DNA of 64,000 nt, taken from IMG/VR virus record IMGVR_UViG_3300025096_003363, positions 34,843-98,842 of that record; one strand, given 5' to 3'. This document shows, piece by piece, positions 8,468-18,470 of this stretch; position 1 is the first letter of the stretch; each line of letters begins with the position of its first letter. The notes beneath the pieces were generated by a model. It was given only the letters and a program-made list of their open reading frames with translations. It searched no databases and was not told the origin of the DNA. The position numbers and the translations under genes are program-made. The DNA comes from a virus.

Positions 8468-9888
8468 TGCTAACTTTTGACTATAACCCGGGGACGCGCA
8501 AGCTTTTACTAAAAACAGAAGATCTAGATCTGTTTAATCGTATAAGAAAACATTTTAGCATTATTAATGATGCAGCTCGATTCGGTAGACGGTATGGTCG
8601 TTACATACCTCAAAGAAAATACGCTATTACTACAGCAGGCGCGTGTGAAATAGGTTTGTATTGGGAGATTAAGAAGTTTTTAGGTAAAGAAGAAACAACA
8701 ATAACCGATAAATTACAAAAAGTATTAAAAGTCGGTAGAGATATAGATCTTTATAAGGATTTTGCGTTTGATTTAAGAGAGTATCAAGAGGATGTTGTTA
8801 AAAAGGCACTTAAGCTTGGTAGAGGTACATGTGTCTTAGGTACAGGAGCAGGTAAAACCTTTGCAACGGCCGCCTTAGTTGAAAACTACTTTAGAAGTAG
8901 TAAAGATAAAGACACATTTAAATGTATTGTGCTTGTACCTGACTTAGGCCTAGTGACACAAACATACGACGAGTTCTTAAATTGCGGTACAACCTTTAAA
9001 ATAACTAAATGGACAGGTAAAACTAAACCTGACCTTACTGCTAATGTTATTATTTGTAATATTGGCATTGTTCAGAGCCGGTTTGAGCAGAATGATTGGT
9101 TAAAACATATTGATCTACTTATTGTTGATGAGTGTCATAAGATAAAAGCATCAAATAAGATTAGCAAAATAGTATCTAGGATAAGAACACCTAACAAATA
9201 TGGGTTTACTGGTACATTACCGGAAAATAATTTAGATAAATGGTCGATTATAGGTAAATTAGGACCAGTTATATATGAAAAAACGAGTTATGAGTTAAGA
9301 TTGGAGGATTATCTCGCAAATGTTAACGTAAAGATACTAAACTTAGAGTATAATACACCTCCGAGATACCTTTCCGATAACGCCTATAGGGAAGAGTTAG
9401 ATTTTATATATGAAAACCACTTTAGAAGTGACCTTATTACTAAATTATGTGAAAAGCTCGAAAATAATACACTTATATTAGTAAATCACCTTAAACATGG
9501 CCATTACTTAACAGATTACCTCTGTACTATACCCGATAAGCGCATTTACTTTATTAGAGGTGAGGTAGATGTTGAAGAACGTGATGAAATTAAGAAAATA
9601 ATGGAAAACAACACAAATGTAATATGTGTTGCTATGAGCTCAATTTTTTCGACCGGAATTAACATTAAAAACCTGCATAACATTATTTTGGCATCCGGAG
9701 GCAAGTCTTTTGTACGGACCGTACAGTCGATTGGGAGAGGGTTACGAAAACATAGCCTAAAGTCAAAGCTAATTATATTTGATATTTGTGATAGATTGAG
9801 ATACGGTATAAGACACTGCGAAAAGCGTAAAGAAATTTATGATATTGAGAAGATAAAGTATAGTGAAACTAATATTGTTGAAAAATAG
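8467..9888 (+). CDS. uvsW: SF2 DNA helicase UvsW
   Basis: LREYQ, GTGAGKT, IVDECH, GFTGT and QSIGRGLR. Confidence 0.9.
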   Translation: MLTFDYNPGTRKLLLKTEDLDLFNRIRKHFSIINDAARFGRRYGRYIPQRKYAITTAGACEIGLYWEIKKFLGKEETTITDKLQKVLKVGRDIDLYKDFAFDLREYQEDVVKKALKLGRGTCVLGTGAGKTFATAALVENYFRSSKDKDTFKCIVLVPDLGLVTQTYDEFLNCGTTFKITKWTGKTKPDLTANVIICNIGIVQSRFEQNDWLKHIDLLIVDECHKIKASNKISKIVSRIRTPNKYGFTGTLPENNLDKWSIIGKLGPVIYEKTSYELRLEDYLANVNVKILNLEYNTPPRYLSDNAYREELDFIYENHFRSDLITKLCEKLENNTLILVNHLKHGHYLTDYLCTIPDKRIYFIRGEVDVEERDEIKKIMENNTNVICVAMSSIFSTGINIKNLHNIILASGGKSFVRTVQSIGRGLRKHSLKSKLIIFDICDRLRYGIRHCEKRKEIYDIEKIKYSETNIVEK

Positions 9889-9905
9889 CAATATTATATT
9901 ATAAT
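9878..9905 (+). promoter_or_regulatory. Sigma70-like promoter of gp55
   Basis: TTGAAA-N16-TATAAT-N7-ATG. Confidence 0.65.
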
Positions 9906-9912
9906 AAAACAA

Positions 9913-10359
9913 ATGGCCGCAAAAGAGAAAAAAGAGAAAAAACCATATTATATTGAACCTAAAGTCTTTAAAGCATCGTTACAAAAGTACTATGACACTG
10001 ATATTCTTACTGACGACTTAGCAGAAAACATTAAAAAAATTGCTTATGGTCTAAGTTACAACGCATCATTTATCAACTATACCTATAAAGACGATATGAT
10101 TGGTGATGCTCTTATTAAAATGTATTCTGCACTAAAATATAAAAAATTTGACTTTTCAAAAGCTACAAATCCCTTTTCCTACTTTACAACTATTGCATAT
10201 CATGCGTTTATTAACAGAATTAAGAAAGAGAAAAAGCATCATGAAGCCGTTACAAAGTATAGAGAGCGTGTATATGAAGATTATATGTCCAACCCGGATA
10301 ATACACATGGACATGTTTACGTAAAACCAGCAGACGAAGAAAATTCTTTTGAAGATTAG
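9913..10359 (+). CDS. gp55: Late-transcription sigma factor gp55
   Basis: KIAYGLS...FINYTYKDDMIGDA, NPFSYFTTIAYHAFINRIKKEKK; upstream of gp47/46. Confidence 0.9.
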   Translation: MAAKEKKEKKPYYIEPKVFKASLQKYYDTDILTDDLAENIKKIAYGLSYNASFINYTYKDDMIGDALIKMYSALKYKKFDFSKATNPFSYFTTIAYHAFINRIKKEKKHHEAVTKYRERVYEDYMSNPDNTHGHVYVKPADEENSFED

Positions 10360-11398
10360 TAAACCCAGAGTTGCTATTTTTTCAGATCTTCACCTAGGAG
10401 TCCATACAAACAGTTCTAATTGGCATAATTATGCTGTAGAGTGGGCTCACTGGTTTAAAGAAGAGTGTAAACGGAAAAATATCAAAGATCTTATTTTTTG
10501 TGGTGATTGGCATCATAACAGAAGTGAGATATCAGTTAACACACTACAAATATCTGCAGATATATTAGATATTTTGTGTGATTTTAATATTATTGCTATT
10601 ACCGGTAATCATGATATTTACTATAAACATAGAACTGATGTTAATTCATTATCAATATTTAAGAAACGCAAAAATGTCACTATATTAGACACTTTTGACA
10701 CGATCGAAGCCTTTGATCGTACTATTACCTTCTGCCCCTGGAACACAAACATAAAAGAAGTACCTGAAAGCGATGTTATCTTTGGCCATTTTGAGATAGA
10801 AACTTTCAAAATGAACTCTTATAGGGTTTGTGAGGAGGGGTTTAAGGTTAAGGACCTACTTAAAAAGAGCCCACTAATAATATCTGGTCACTTTCATACA
10901 AGACACGAAAAAAAGTTTGGGAGAGGTACAATACTGTATGTAGGTAACCCGTTTCAGATGGATTTTGGTGATACAGACAATCAAAAAGGGTATTACATCT
11001 TAGATTTTGATACTCTAGAGTATAACTTTACACCCAACAACATCTCACCTTCATATAAAAAGATCTCGCTTGGTGAGTTAGTAAGGGAAGGCTCTATTAC
11101 TAAAAATATTATAGATAGTTTTGCTGGTAACATTACACGCTTAAAGGTTGATATGAATATTTCACAAGTAGATATGGACCTACTACTTAAAAAATTAACC
11201 TTACTTAAGCCTGAAGCCCTAACCATTGATTACGACATAAATTTTAATCGATTACTTGATGATACAGAAAATAAAGAAGACTTATCAGGTATAGATATAC
11301 CTCAAGCGATAGAAGAATTTGTAAATCTTCTTGAAATTAAGAATAAAAAAGAGATAATAAAATACACTCTTGGTTTATATGAAAAAAGTAAACTTTAA
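10349..11398 (+). CDS. gp47: Recombination endonuclease subunit gp47 (Mre11/SbcD-like)
   Basis: SDLHLG, GDWHH, GNHD, GHFE and SGHFH metallophosphoesterase motifs. Confidence 0.9.
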   Translation: MKISKPRVAIFSDLHLGVHTNSSNWHNYAVEWAHWFKEECKRKNIKDLIFCGDWHHNRSEISVNTLQISADILDILCDFNIIAITGNHDIYYKHRTDVNSLSIFKKRKNVTILDTFDTIEAFDRTITFCPWNTNIKEVPESDVIFGHFEIETFKMNSYRVCEEGFKVKDLLKKSPLIISGHFHTRHEKKFGRGTILYVGNPFQMDFGDTDNQKGYYILDFDTLEYNFTPNNISPSYKKISLGELVREGSITKNIIDSFAGNITRLKVDMNISQVDMDLLLKKLTLLKPEALTIDYDINFNRLLDDTENKEDLSGIDIPQAIEEFVNLLEIKNKKEIIKYTLGLYEKSKL

Positions 11399-13184
11399 GA
11401 AACTCAGCATAATAAATTTTTTATCTGTAGGTGAAGATCCTGTTACAATAGAGTTCAGTAAGGGTCTTCATGTTATTACGGGTAAAAATAAAGATAAACC
11501 TGACCGTAGAAACGCTATTGGTAAAAGTACCATAGCTGATGCTTTGTATTTTGCTATATTTGGTGAGACATTACGTGAGCTCAAAAAAGATCTTATACCT
11601 AATAATCTTACAAACGGTAAAACACATATTGAGTTAGATTTTGAGCTCGATTCCTCCAAAGGTAAGAACAACTATAAAATAATTCGCACACTGTCACCGT
11701 CAAAGGTTCTTATTTTTAAGGATGGTGTTGATAGAACAAGAGATAGTATTAAGAATACCACCGCGTATATTAATCGTGTATTAAGTGCCTCACCATCAAT
11801 TTTTCAAAACTGTGTTATTATGACAGTTAACAATGCTGTTCCTTTTATGGCTAAAAATAAAATCGAAAAACGAAAGTTTATTGAAGATATTTTTGGTATG
11901 GAAATCTTCAGTATAATGCTTACATCTTTACGTAATGAATATAATGAGATATCACGCGATCATGACACGCAGTTAACTAAATTGGAAGAAATAGAAAAGG
12001 CCTATAAGAACTATGAAGACCAAAAACAAAGGATCCTCCAAACAAGAAAAGAAAAGAAAGAAAAATATCTCACGCGTCAAGAAAATAATACCAAAGAAAA
12101 AGAAGATCTTAAAAAGGAACTTACATGCATACAAGAAGTAAATATCAATAAGGTTCAAACGCAGATAGTTGCTTTAGAAGAGGCTGCTCAAGATCAAGAT
12201 GTAAGGATTGAAACAAATTTAGAGGCAGTGGCTCGTAATAAAGCATTAGCATCTACAAGAAAAGAAAATTATAAGAAAATGGGTACGGATGAAGAGAAAT
12301 GCCCGGTATGTCTTCGTAGTGTGGAAGAGCATGACGCTGATCATATAGCTAAAGAAAAAGAAAAGCTTAAAGAAAGTATTCATGAAGCAATAGAAGATAT
12401 TAAGAATTATTCTGATGGTCTAAAGGAATTAAAAATAAGAAAGGAAAGATTTTTAAAAGCAATAAATGAATGTCAAAATAAATTATCTGAAGCTAGACTA
12501 CAAGAGCAAAATAAAAAGAATATTACACGACGTATAGCTCAACTAGATGAGTGGCAAAAGGAACTTAAAGACGATTTAGAGGTTATTGAATCTACTGAAA
12601 CTGATTTTGATTCGTTAATAATTGAGACAAAACAACGCGTTGATAACCTAGAAAAGAAAGTAAAGAAGTTTAGAGATGAATTAGCTAGGTTAGATATTGT
12701 AAAGTATGTTGTTTCAGAAGAAGGTGTAAAGTCTTATATTGTAAACAAGTTATTGGACCTTTTAAATAGTAAATTGCTACATTATCTTAAACGCTTAGAC
12801 TCTAACTCAATTTGTATCTTTAATGAATATTTTGAAGAAGAAATTTTAAACGAAAAAAATAAAGTTTGTTCCTATTTTAACTTTTCTGGAGCAGAGCGTA
12901 AATCGATCGATTTAGCATGCCTGTTTACGTTTTCTGACATAAGAAGACTACAAGGCGGGGTACAATATAATATCGCAATTTATGATGAGCTGTTTGATTC
13001 ATCTTTTGATGAAAAGGGAATTGAGCTTATTACGCGAATTTTACAAGACAGGGTTGAAGAGCTAGATGAGTGTTCAATTGTGATATCTCATAGAAAAGAA
13101 TCCGTTAAAGCCGTCACAGGAGATGTCATTTACCTAGAAAAAGAAAATGGTATAACACACCGGGTAGATTATAAGGAACTTTAA
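11379..13184 (+). CDS. gp46: Recombination ATPase gp46 (Rad50/SbcC-like)
   Basis: NAIGKST Walker A, CPVC zinc hook, FSGAE signature, YDELFD Walker B, ISH; start taken at ATG 11379. Confidence 0.9.
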   Translation: MKKVNFKKLSIINFLSVGEDPVTIEFSKGLHVITGKNKDKPDRRNAIGKSTIADALYFAIFGETLRELKKDLIPNNLTNGKTHIELDFELDSSKGKNNYKIIRTLSPSKVLIFKDGVDRTRDSIKNTTAYINRVLSASPSIFQNCVIMTVNNAVPFMAKNKIEKRKFIEDIFGMEIFSIMLTSLRNEYNEISRDHDTQLTKLEEIEKAYKNYEDQKQRILQTRKEKKEKYLTRQENNTKEKEDLKKELTCIQEVNINKVQTQIVALEEAAQDQDVRIETNLEAVARNKALASTRKENYKKMGTDEEKCPVCLRSVEEHDADHIAKEKEKLKESIHEAIEDIKNYSDGLKELKIRKERFLKAINECQNKLSEARLQEQNKKNITRRIAQLDEWQKELKDDLEVIESTETDFDSLIIETKQRVDNLEKKVKKFRDELARLDIVKYVVSEEGVKSYIVNKLLDLLNSKLLHYLKRLDSNSICIFNEYFEEEILNEKNKVCSYFNFSGAERKSIDLACLFTFSDIRRLQGGVQYNIAIYDELFDSSFDEKGIELITRILQDRVEELDECSIVISHRKESVKAVTGDVIYLEKENGITHRVDYKEL

Positions 13185-13188
13185 ACTA

Positions 13189-13196
13189 TATAAATA
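13189..13196 (+). promoter_or_regulatory. T4-type late promoter upstream of a glycosyltransferase
   Basis: Exact TATAAATA, although only 2 nt from the listed ATG. Confidence 0.5.
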
Positions 13197-13198
13197 GC

Positions 13199-14440
13199 AT
13201 GATATCACCGTCACCGTACCCACAGCCACATGTCGCTCCATTAACTCCACCCGGTGGTAGCTCTAGTTCTATACCTGGTCAAATGCCAGGCGTTCCTTTA
13301 AACAAACAAGAGGAGACGCCTCATGAAGCAAACCTTCCACGGTATGTAAATTACCTAGCAGATTACTCAGGTTGTGGTCATTGGAGAATTCTTTGGCCGG
13401 AGGCAACTATTAACGCTAGAGGTGACGGCATGTCACAATCAACAACTGCTATGGTTGCTGATCCAAGATGGTATCAAAATGTAACGGCTGTAAAGTTACA
13501 GCGACAAGCGTCTTCAGCACAAGTAGAATTCGTTAAGTACTTAAAACAAATTCAACAGGAACATGGATTTAAACTAATGTATGAAGTTGATGATGTTGTG
13601 TTTAAGGAAGTAATTCCAGATTATAATAAGTTTAAATTTGCATTTGATACGGAAGAAATTCGAGAAAATTGTATCGAAATTATTAACTTAGTTGATGAAG
13701 TAACAGTCACATGTGACTTTATGAGAAGGCTTTATCAAGAAAAAACCGATCAGAAAAATATTACAGTTATTCCAAACTTTATTCCAAATGGTTGGATGGG
13801 TCAACTTTTCAATCCTAGAGATATAGAAAGAAATTACGAGGCAAATAAAAGAAAGCCACGTATTCTATATACAGGCTCCGGAGCACACTACGATGTAGAA
13901 AATAAAACAGGCGGTAAGGACGATATGTATGAAGTGCGCGATTTTATAAGAAAGACTGTCGATAAATATCAGTGGATTTTTGTTGGGGCCTTTCCTCCAC
14001 AACTTGCTGATTTAGTTGAGCAACAAAAGATTGAATTTTACCAGTGGCAAACATTATTAAAATATCCATACTTTGTTAGCAGCTTAAGAGCTCAATTAAT
14101 GGTTGCGCCACTTCAAGTTAACGATTTTAATAGAGCTAAATCTGATATCAAATATATTGAAGGATGTATACTCGGTATACCATGCCTGTGTCAGGATATG
14201 GATACGTATGCTGCAGCGCCTGATAACCTCAAATTTAGTTCTGTAGAAGAGTTTGAAGATAAAATTAATCGCATCCTAAACCCGAAAAAGAAGAACAAAT
14301 ATTTTCAAAATGTTCATAAGCTTAGAAGAATAGGTGAACAGCGAATTCTTGAACTAGATGAAAATATTGGCGCGCATCTTGAAGCGCTAAATACACCGTA
14401 CGGTAGTTCTGAAAGACGGTTCCTTAGAGAGTGGAATTAG
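13199..14440 (+). CDS. Glycosyltransferase (GT-B-like)
   Basis: SGCGHWRI..P, YEVDD, VTVT, VIPN, ILYTGS..H and APL..NDFNRAKSDIKYIE motifs of phage GT-B enzymes. Confidence 0.75.
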   Translation: MISPSPYPQPHVAPLTPPGGSSSSIPGQMPGVPLNKQEETPHEANLPRYVNYLADYSGCGHWRILWPEATINARGDGMSQSTTAMVADPRWYQNVTAVKLQRQASSAQVEFVKYLKQIQQEHGFKLMYEVDDVVFKEVIPDYNKFKFAFDTEEIRENCIEIINLVDEVTVTCDFMRRLYQEKTDQKNITVIPNFIPNGWMGQLFNPRDIERNYEANKRKPRILYTGSGAHYDVENKTGGKDDMYEVRDFIRKTVDKYQWIFVGAFPPQLADLVEQQKIEFYQWQTLLKYPYFVSSLRAQLMVAPLQVNDFNRAKSDIKYIEGCILGIPCLCQDMDTYAAAPDNLKFSSVEEFEDKINRILNPKKKNKYFQNVHKLRRIGEQRILELDENIGAHLEALNTPYGSSERRFLREWN

Positions 14441-14466
14441 GAACTATACTACTATAATAGTAGTAG

Positions 14467-17040
14467 ATGTCATATCGTAATGTTGTTTACAACGGTAGAA
14501 ACCGTTGTGTTAATTTATTTACCTGGGATAAAGATGGTAAGCGTGTAATGAATGAGTGCTCGTTCGAACCTTATCTCTATATTGAAAGTGCTGTAGGTGA
14601 TAAGACATCTATTTACGGTACAAAAGTTAAGAAGCGTAAATTTAATACAAGCTTTGATCGATCTAGATTTGTTCGCGACTCAAACATAAAGCGAGTGTTT
14701 GAAAATATGCCTCCAGCGCAACAATTTTTACTCGATATGTATTGGCAGGAAAATGAGACTCCTGAATTTAGCACGCACCCATTAAAGACATGTTTGTTAG
14801 ATATTGAGACATACTCTCCGGACTCCTTTCCGGATACAGAAGACCCTACACATGTTGTAAACGTCATAACATGCTATGATAACTTTACAGAACAGTTTCA
14901 CACCTTCGGTATTAAGCCCTATAACGGTAAAGGTAGATCAGACCTGAATTATGTTTACTGTAAAGATGAGCGAGAGATGTTTATTAAATTTATTGAATAT
15001 CTTGAAAACGATTATCCTGACATTTTAAGTGGTTGGAATTCAGAGTTTTTTGATATACCTTACATTATTAATAGAATTGAGCGAATACTCGGTCAAGATT
15101 ATGTAGATAGACTATCACCGCTAGGTAGAGTACATTTTCGAGCTGTTAAAGGTAAGTTTGGTAGAGATCTCAAAAGGTATTATCTTGATGGTATTGCGTG
15201 TTTAGATTATCTAGATGTATACAGGAGGTTTTGTTTAAAGCTTCGTGAGTCATATAAACTTGATGCAATTGGTGAGGTTGAATTAGGCGAACGAAAGATT
15301 GATTACGGGGATACAAATCTTGCAACCCTATCTGATGAAGACTGGGACACATTTATTGACTACAACATTCAGGACGTTAATCTTCTTGTTAGGTTAGAAC
15401 AAAAGCTACAATATGTCCCGTTATTGAGAATGCTCTCATATGTTGGACTGACTACTCTAGAAGGGGCAATGGGTACCATTCAAGGGATTAATGGAGCTCT
15501 CTGTATTAAGGCTAGGCACCGAGGTGAGATTATTTCAACATTTGTACGAAATGCTGATACAGGTAAAAATCCTGGTGCTTATGTTGCAGAACCTAAACAA
15601 GGATTTAAAAATCATGTTGTTTCGTTTGACGCTAATTCACTATATCCAAATGTAATGATATCTCTTAACACTTCACCTGAAACAAAAGTAGGTAAAGTGG
15701 AAACAACTGATAATAAAATTATTATTCGACATGTCACTGGTAAAGTGTTTGAACTCGATAGACCGGCTTTTGCGAAGTTCCTTAAAGATGAGGAATGCGC
15801 CTTATCAAAAGCCGGGATTTTATTTACGCAAAAGAAAAAAGGTATTATACCGGAGTTCTTAGAGTACTACTACAATCAACGCGTAAAAATTAAGAAAGAT
15901 CTCTTTAAAGCTAAAACCAAGCTTAAAAAGCTTAAAAAAGATACTCCGGAGTATACAGATGCTAAGTACGAGGTCGAACGACTTAATACATCTCAGATGG
16001 TTATCAAGATTCTTATTAACTCGTGTTATGGTTATATGGGTAATAAAAACGCTCCTATTGGAGATGATGATATCGCATCATCGGTGACATTAACAGGTCA
16101 AGCAGTAATTAAGTTTTCGAATGAGCTTATTAAAGAGTTTATTAAAAAGGAAATACCCACAATTACCGACCATGAATTAGAACAATGCATTGTATACAAT
16201 GATACCGATTCATCATATGTTTCTATTACACCGCTTGTAGATAAAGGTCTAAAGTTTTTAGATGGTGATGATATACATCAAGATACACATGACAAAATTC
16301 AAGAGATTGAAAATTATCTAAATACCGGTGTTGAGAGCTGGGCTAAAAAATCTCTACTGTCAAAGGATAGCCGGTTTGTGTTTAAGCGAGAGTGTATTGC
16401 AGATGTAGGTGTATTTTTACAAAAGAAAAGATATGTAATGCATATTCTCGATGATGAAGGTATTAAGGAAAATAAATTTAAATATACAGGTGTTGAGGTG
16501 GTACGTACAACAATGCCTAATGCTATTAAGCCATATGCAAAAAAGATTATTGAAACAATGTTAAGTACACAGTCTTTAACTAAGACAAATAAAGTGCTTA
16601 ATAAAACATATGATATTTTTAAGGAACTAAGTCCAGAAGAACTTGCGTTTGTTATGGGTGTTAAAGGATATGAAAAATATGCGGTTGCTTGTAATGAATT
16701 TAATACAGTTAAAAGTATGCCTATTCATGTTAAGTCTGCATATTTTTATAACTTACTTTTAGATAAACTTAATACTGGCAACAAGTACGAATCATTAGGT
16801 TCTGGTGATAAGGTTCGTTATATGTACGTGGAGACACCAAATAAGTATGGGCTAAATAGTATTGGATTTAAATATAATTACCCTTCCGAGTTTAAAGATA
16901 CTTTTAAAATTGATTATGACAAAATGTTTGAAAAGATTTTATTTCAAGGCATTCAGAGATTTTATGATTGTGTGGGTTGGAATATTCGTAAGCCGGCTGA
17001 GAATGTTACAGTAGAACTTTTTGACTTGTTTAGTAAATAA
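14467..17040 (+). CDS. gp43: Family B DNA polymerase gp43
   Basis: DIET (ExoI), GWNSEFFDIPY, YNIQD, SFDANSLYP, KILINSCYGY, YNDTDS and KKRY. Confidence 0.97.
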   Translation: MSYRNVVYNGRNRCVNLFTWDKDGKRVMNECSFEPYLYIESAVGDKTSIYGTKVKKRKFNTSFDRSRFVRDSNIKRVFENMPPAQQFLLDMYWQENETPEFSTHPLKTCLLDIETYSPDSFPDTEDPTHVVNVITCYDNFTEQFHTFGIKPYNGKGRSDLNYVYCKDEREMFIKFIEYLENDYPDILSGWNSEFFDIPYIINRIERILGQDYVDRLSPLGRVHFRAVKGKFGRDLKRYYLDGIACLDYLDVYRRFCLKLRESYKLDAIGEVELGERKIDYGDTNLATLSDEDWDTFIDYNIQDVNLLVRLEQKLQYVPLLRMLSYVGLTTLEGAMGTIQGINGALCIKARHRGEIISTFVRNADTGKNPGAYVAEPKQGFKNHVVSFDANSLYPNVMISLNTSPETKVGKVETTDNKIIIRHVTGKVFELDRPAFAKFLKDEECALSKAGILFTQKKKGIIPEFLEYYYNQRVKIKKDLFKAKTKLKKLKKDTPEYTDAKYEVERLNTSQMVIKILINSCYGYMGNKNAPIGDDDIASSVTLTGQAVIKFSNELIKEFIKKEIPTITDHELEQCIVYNDTDSSYVSITPLVDKGLKFLDGDDIHQDTHDKIQEIENYLNTGVESWAKKSLLSKDSRFVFKRECIADVGVFLQKKRYVMHILDDEGIKENKFKYTGVEVVRTTMPNAIKPYAKKIIETMLSTQSLTKTNKVLNKTYDIFKELSPEELAFVMGVKGYEKYAVACNEFNTVKSMPIHVKSAYFYNLLLDKLNTGNKYESLGSGDKVRYMYVETPNKYGLNSIGFKYNYPSEFKDTFKIDYDKMFEKILFQGIQRFYDCVGWNIRKPAENVTVELFDLFSK

Positions 17041-17047
17041 GATTACT

Positions 17048-17365
17048 ATGGCAGTACAACCCGGCGGATATTTAGATAGACCAGAAGACGATAATACTCA
17101 TAACGCACACCCGGCGTGGAAGAGAGGAAAGATCGCTGGTATTTTAGAAACTTTAGCTATTCTAAAGGAGATTATTACAGGAGCAGATAATGGCACCGGA
17201 ACTATTAACTCCACGGAGATTGAAAAAATTAGAAGATCAGTTTTTATAATGAGAGATGCTCTTACTCATGCATCTGATAAATCAACATATCTCTCGAAAC
17301 AAGCGAAAGAAGCGCTTGACGAGGCAATTAAGGTGGCAAGTACTTTAGTTTATCAAAAAAAATAG
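17048..17365 (+). CDS. Hypothetical late protein
   Basis: Start reassigned to ATG 17048; TAAATA at 17034-17039. Confidence 0.6.
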   Translation: MAVQPGGYLDRPEDDNTHNAHPAWKRGKIAGILETLAILKEIITGADNGTGTINSTEIEKIRRSVFIMRDALTHASDKSTYLSKQAKEALDEAIKVASTLVYQKK

Positions 17366-17399
17366 TGGACTATTACCAAATTTAATTTAATATATTATT

Positions 17400-17756
17400 A
17401 TGGCAGACAAAAAACCAATTAAGACAATTATTGATCACATCGGCCGGACTGTCGTAGGTTCAGTCACAAAAGAGGATACTAAGAACATTACTCTTTTTAA
17501 CCCTGTGATTATTCACGTACAACCAGACTCCCAATCCGGTCAATTACAAGTACAATCGTTTCCGTATATCTTTATGGAGTTCCTAAAGGATAAGGACAAG
17601 AACAACTGGACCTTTAATAAGGCAGCCATTAGTACGTCTGATGTTGAGCTAGACGAGAGAATCATTACTCAGTACGAAAATATCAATAATCCTCAGCCGC
17701 CTATTCAAGAAACTTCAGCAGAAGAGCCAGAAGTAATTAAGCTCTTTGATGATTAA
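17400..17756 (+). CDS. Hypothetical protein (small beta-rich protein of the type found near hsp20/gp43 in T4-like phages)
   Basis: Clean ORF; position next to hsp20. Confidence 0.65.
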   Translation: MADKKPIKTIIDHIGRTVVGSVTKEDTKNITLFNPVIIHVQPDSQSGQLQVQSFPYIFMEFLKDKDKNNWTFNKAAISTSDVELDERIITQYENINNPQPPIQETSAEEPEVIKLFDD

Positions 17757-17793
17757 TTGCTAAAATACGCATTGTGTAATAAATAATTTTACT

Positions 17794-18204
17794 ATGAAAC
17801 TAACTAAGTACACACACAACCCAATCGCAGAAATCGAAAGAGCCTTTGATGGTTTTTTCAATCTGACACCAGTCTTCCACCAGTTGGAAGAAGTATATAA
17901 AACAGGAGATCAAGTTCGATTTGCATCGGATGAAGATGCACTAAGCGTGCAAATTGATCTGCCAGGAGTCACAAAAGAGAATTTAGATCTTTCTACTGAC
18001 ACCGATCAACGCGAGGTCTATATTAAGGCAAAGCGTCAAGTAAAAGCCCATGACGGGGAAAAGGAACAAACCTATAATAGGTCGTTCTCAGTTGGAAGAG
18101 AGTTTGATCTTAACAAGATTGATTTCACTTATGTCAATGGAGTCCTTGAGGTCGATGTACCTCGTAGGAAGAAAGAAGAATATATTAAAACATATAAAGT
18201 TTAA
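17794..18204 (+). CDS. hsp20: Small heat shock protein (Hsp20/alpha-crystallin)
   Basis: DLPGV.KE.L, YNRSF and YVNGVLEVDVP; TAAATA 8 nt upstream. Confidence 0.9.
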   Translation: MKLTKYTHNPIAEIERAFDGFFNLTPVFHQLEEVYKTGDQVRFASDEDALSVQIDLPGVTKENLDLSTDTDQREVYIKAKRQVKAHDGEKEQTYNRSFSVGREFDLNKIDFTYVNGVLEVDVPRRKKEEYIKTYKV

Positions 18205-18212
18205 CAATTAAA

Positions 18213-18403
18213 TGGGCTTAGCTAGCCCAACCCGGGTGTGCCTGAATAAACATTTTAAGCAAGAGTGTTAAGGGGGCTGCAACTTACATGGAGGGTCAAC
18301 TGACTATTATGTGTAAGGGAACGGAGTACAAGTAGGGAAAAAGATGAAACTGCATCTTGCCCACCCGAAAGTTGGAGGTAACCAGAAAATCCTCTCACCC
18401 ACC
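18213..18403 (+). ncRNA. Candidate structured non-coding RNA with a tRNA-like 3' end
   Basis: The only long intergenic region; raised GC, several hairpins, GGGTG/CACCC closing stem, followed by a terminator. Confidence 0.55.
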
Positions 18404-18409
18404 TTTTTT

Positions 18410-18434
18410 AAAAGCCCCGAAAGGGGCTTTTTTT
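18410..18434 (+). terminator. Rho-independent terminator, possibly bidirectional
   Basis: AAAAGCCCC-GAAA-GGGGCTTTT plus a T-tract. Confidence 0.9.
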
Positions 18435-18435
18435 A

Positions 18436-18463
18436 TTGAATTTAAGGACGTATATTATATAAT
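18436..18463 (+). promoter_or_regulatory. Sigma70-like promoter of uvsX
   Basis: TTGAAT-N16-TATAAT-N7-ATG(18471). Confidence 0.7.
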
Positions 18464-18470
18464 ACTTTAT

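Noticed and set aside
18288-18335. 15-codon ORF (MEGQLTIMCKGTEYK) inside the candidate ncRNA
   Set aside because: Too short to support, lies within paired stems and does not resemble a tmRNA tag
18357-18470. N-terminal extension of UvsX in the ORF track
   Set aside because: It runs through the structured RNA, terminator and promoter; ATG 18471 fits better
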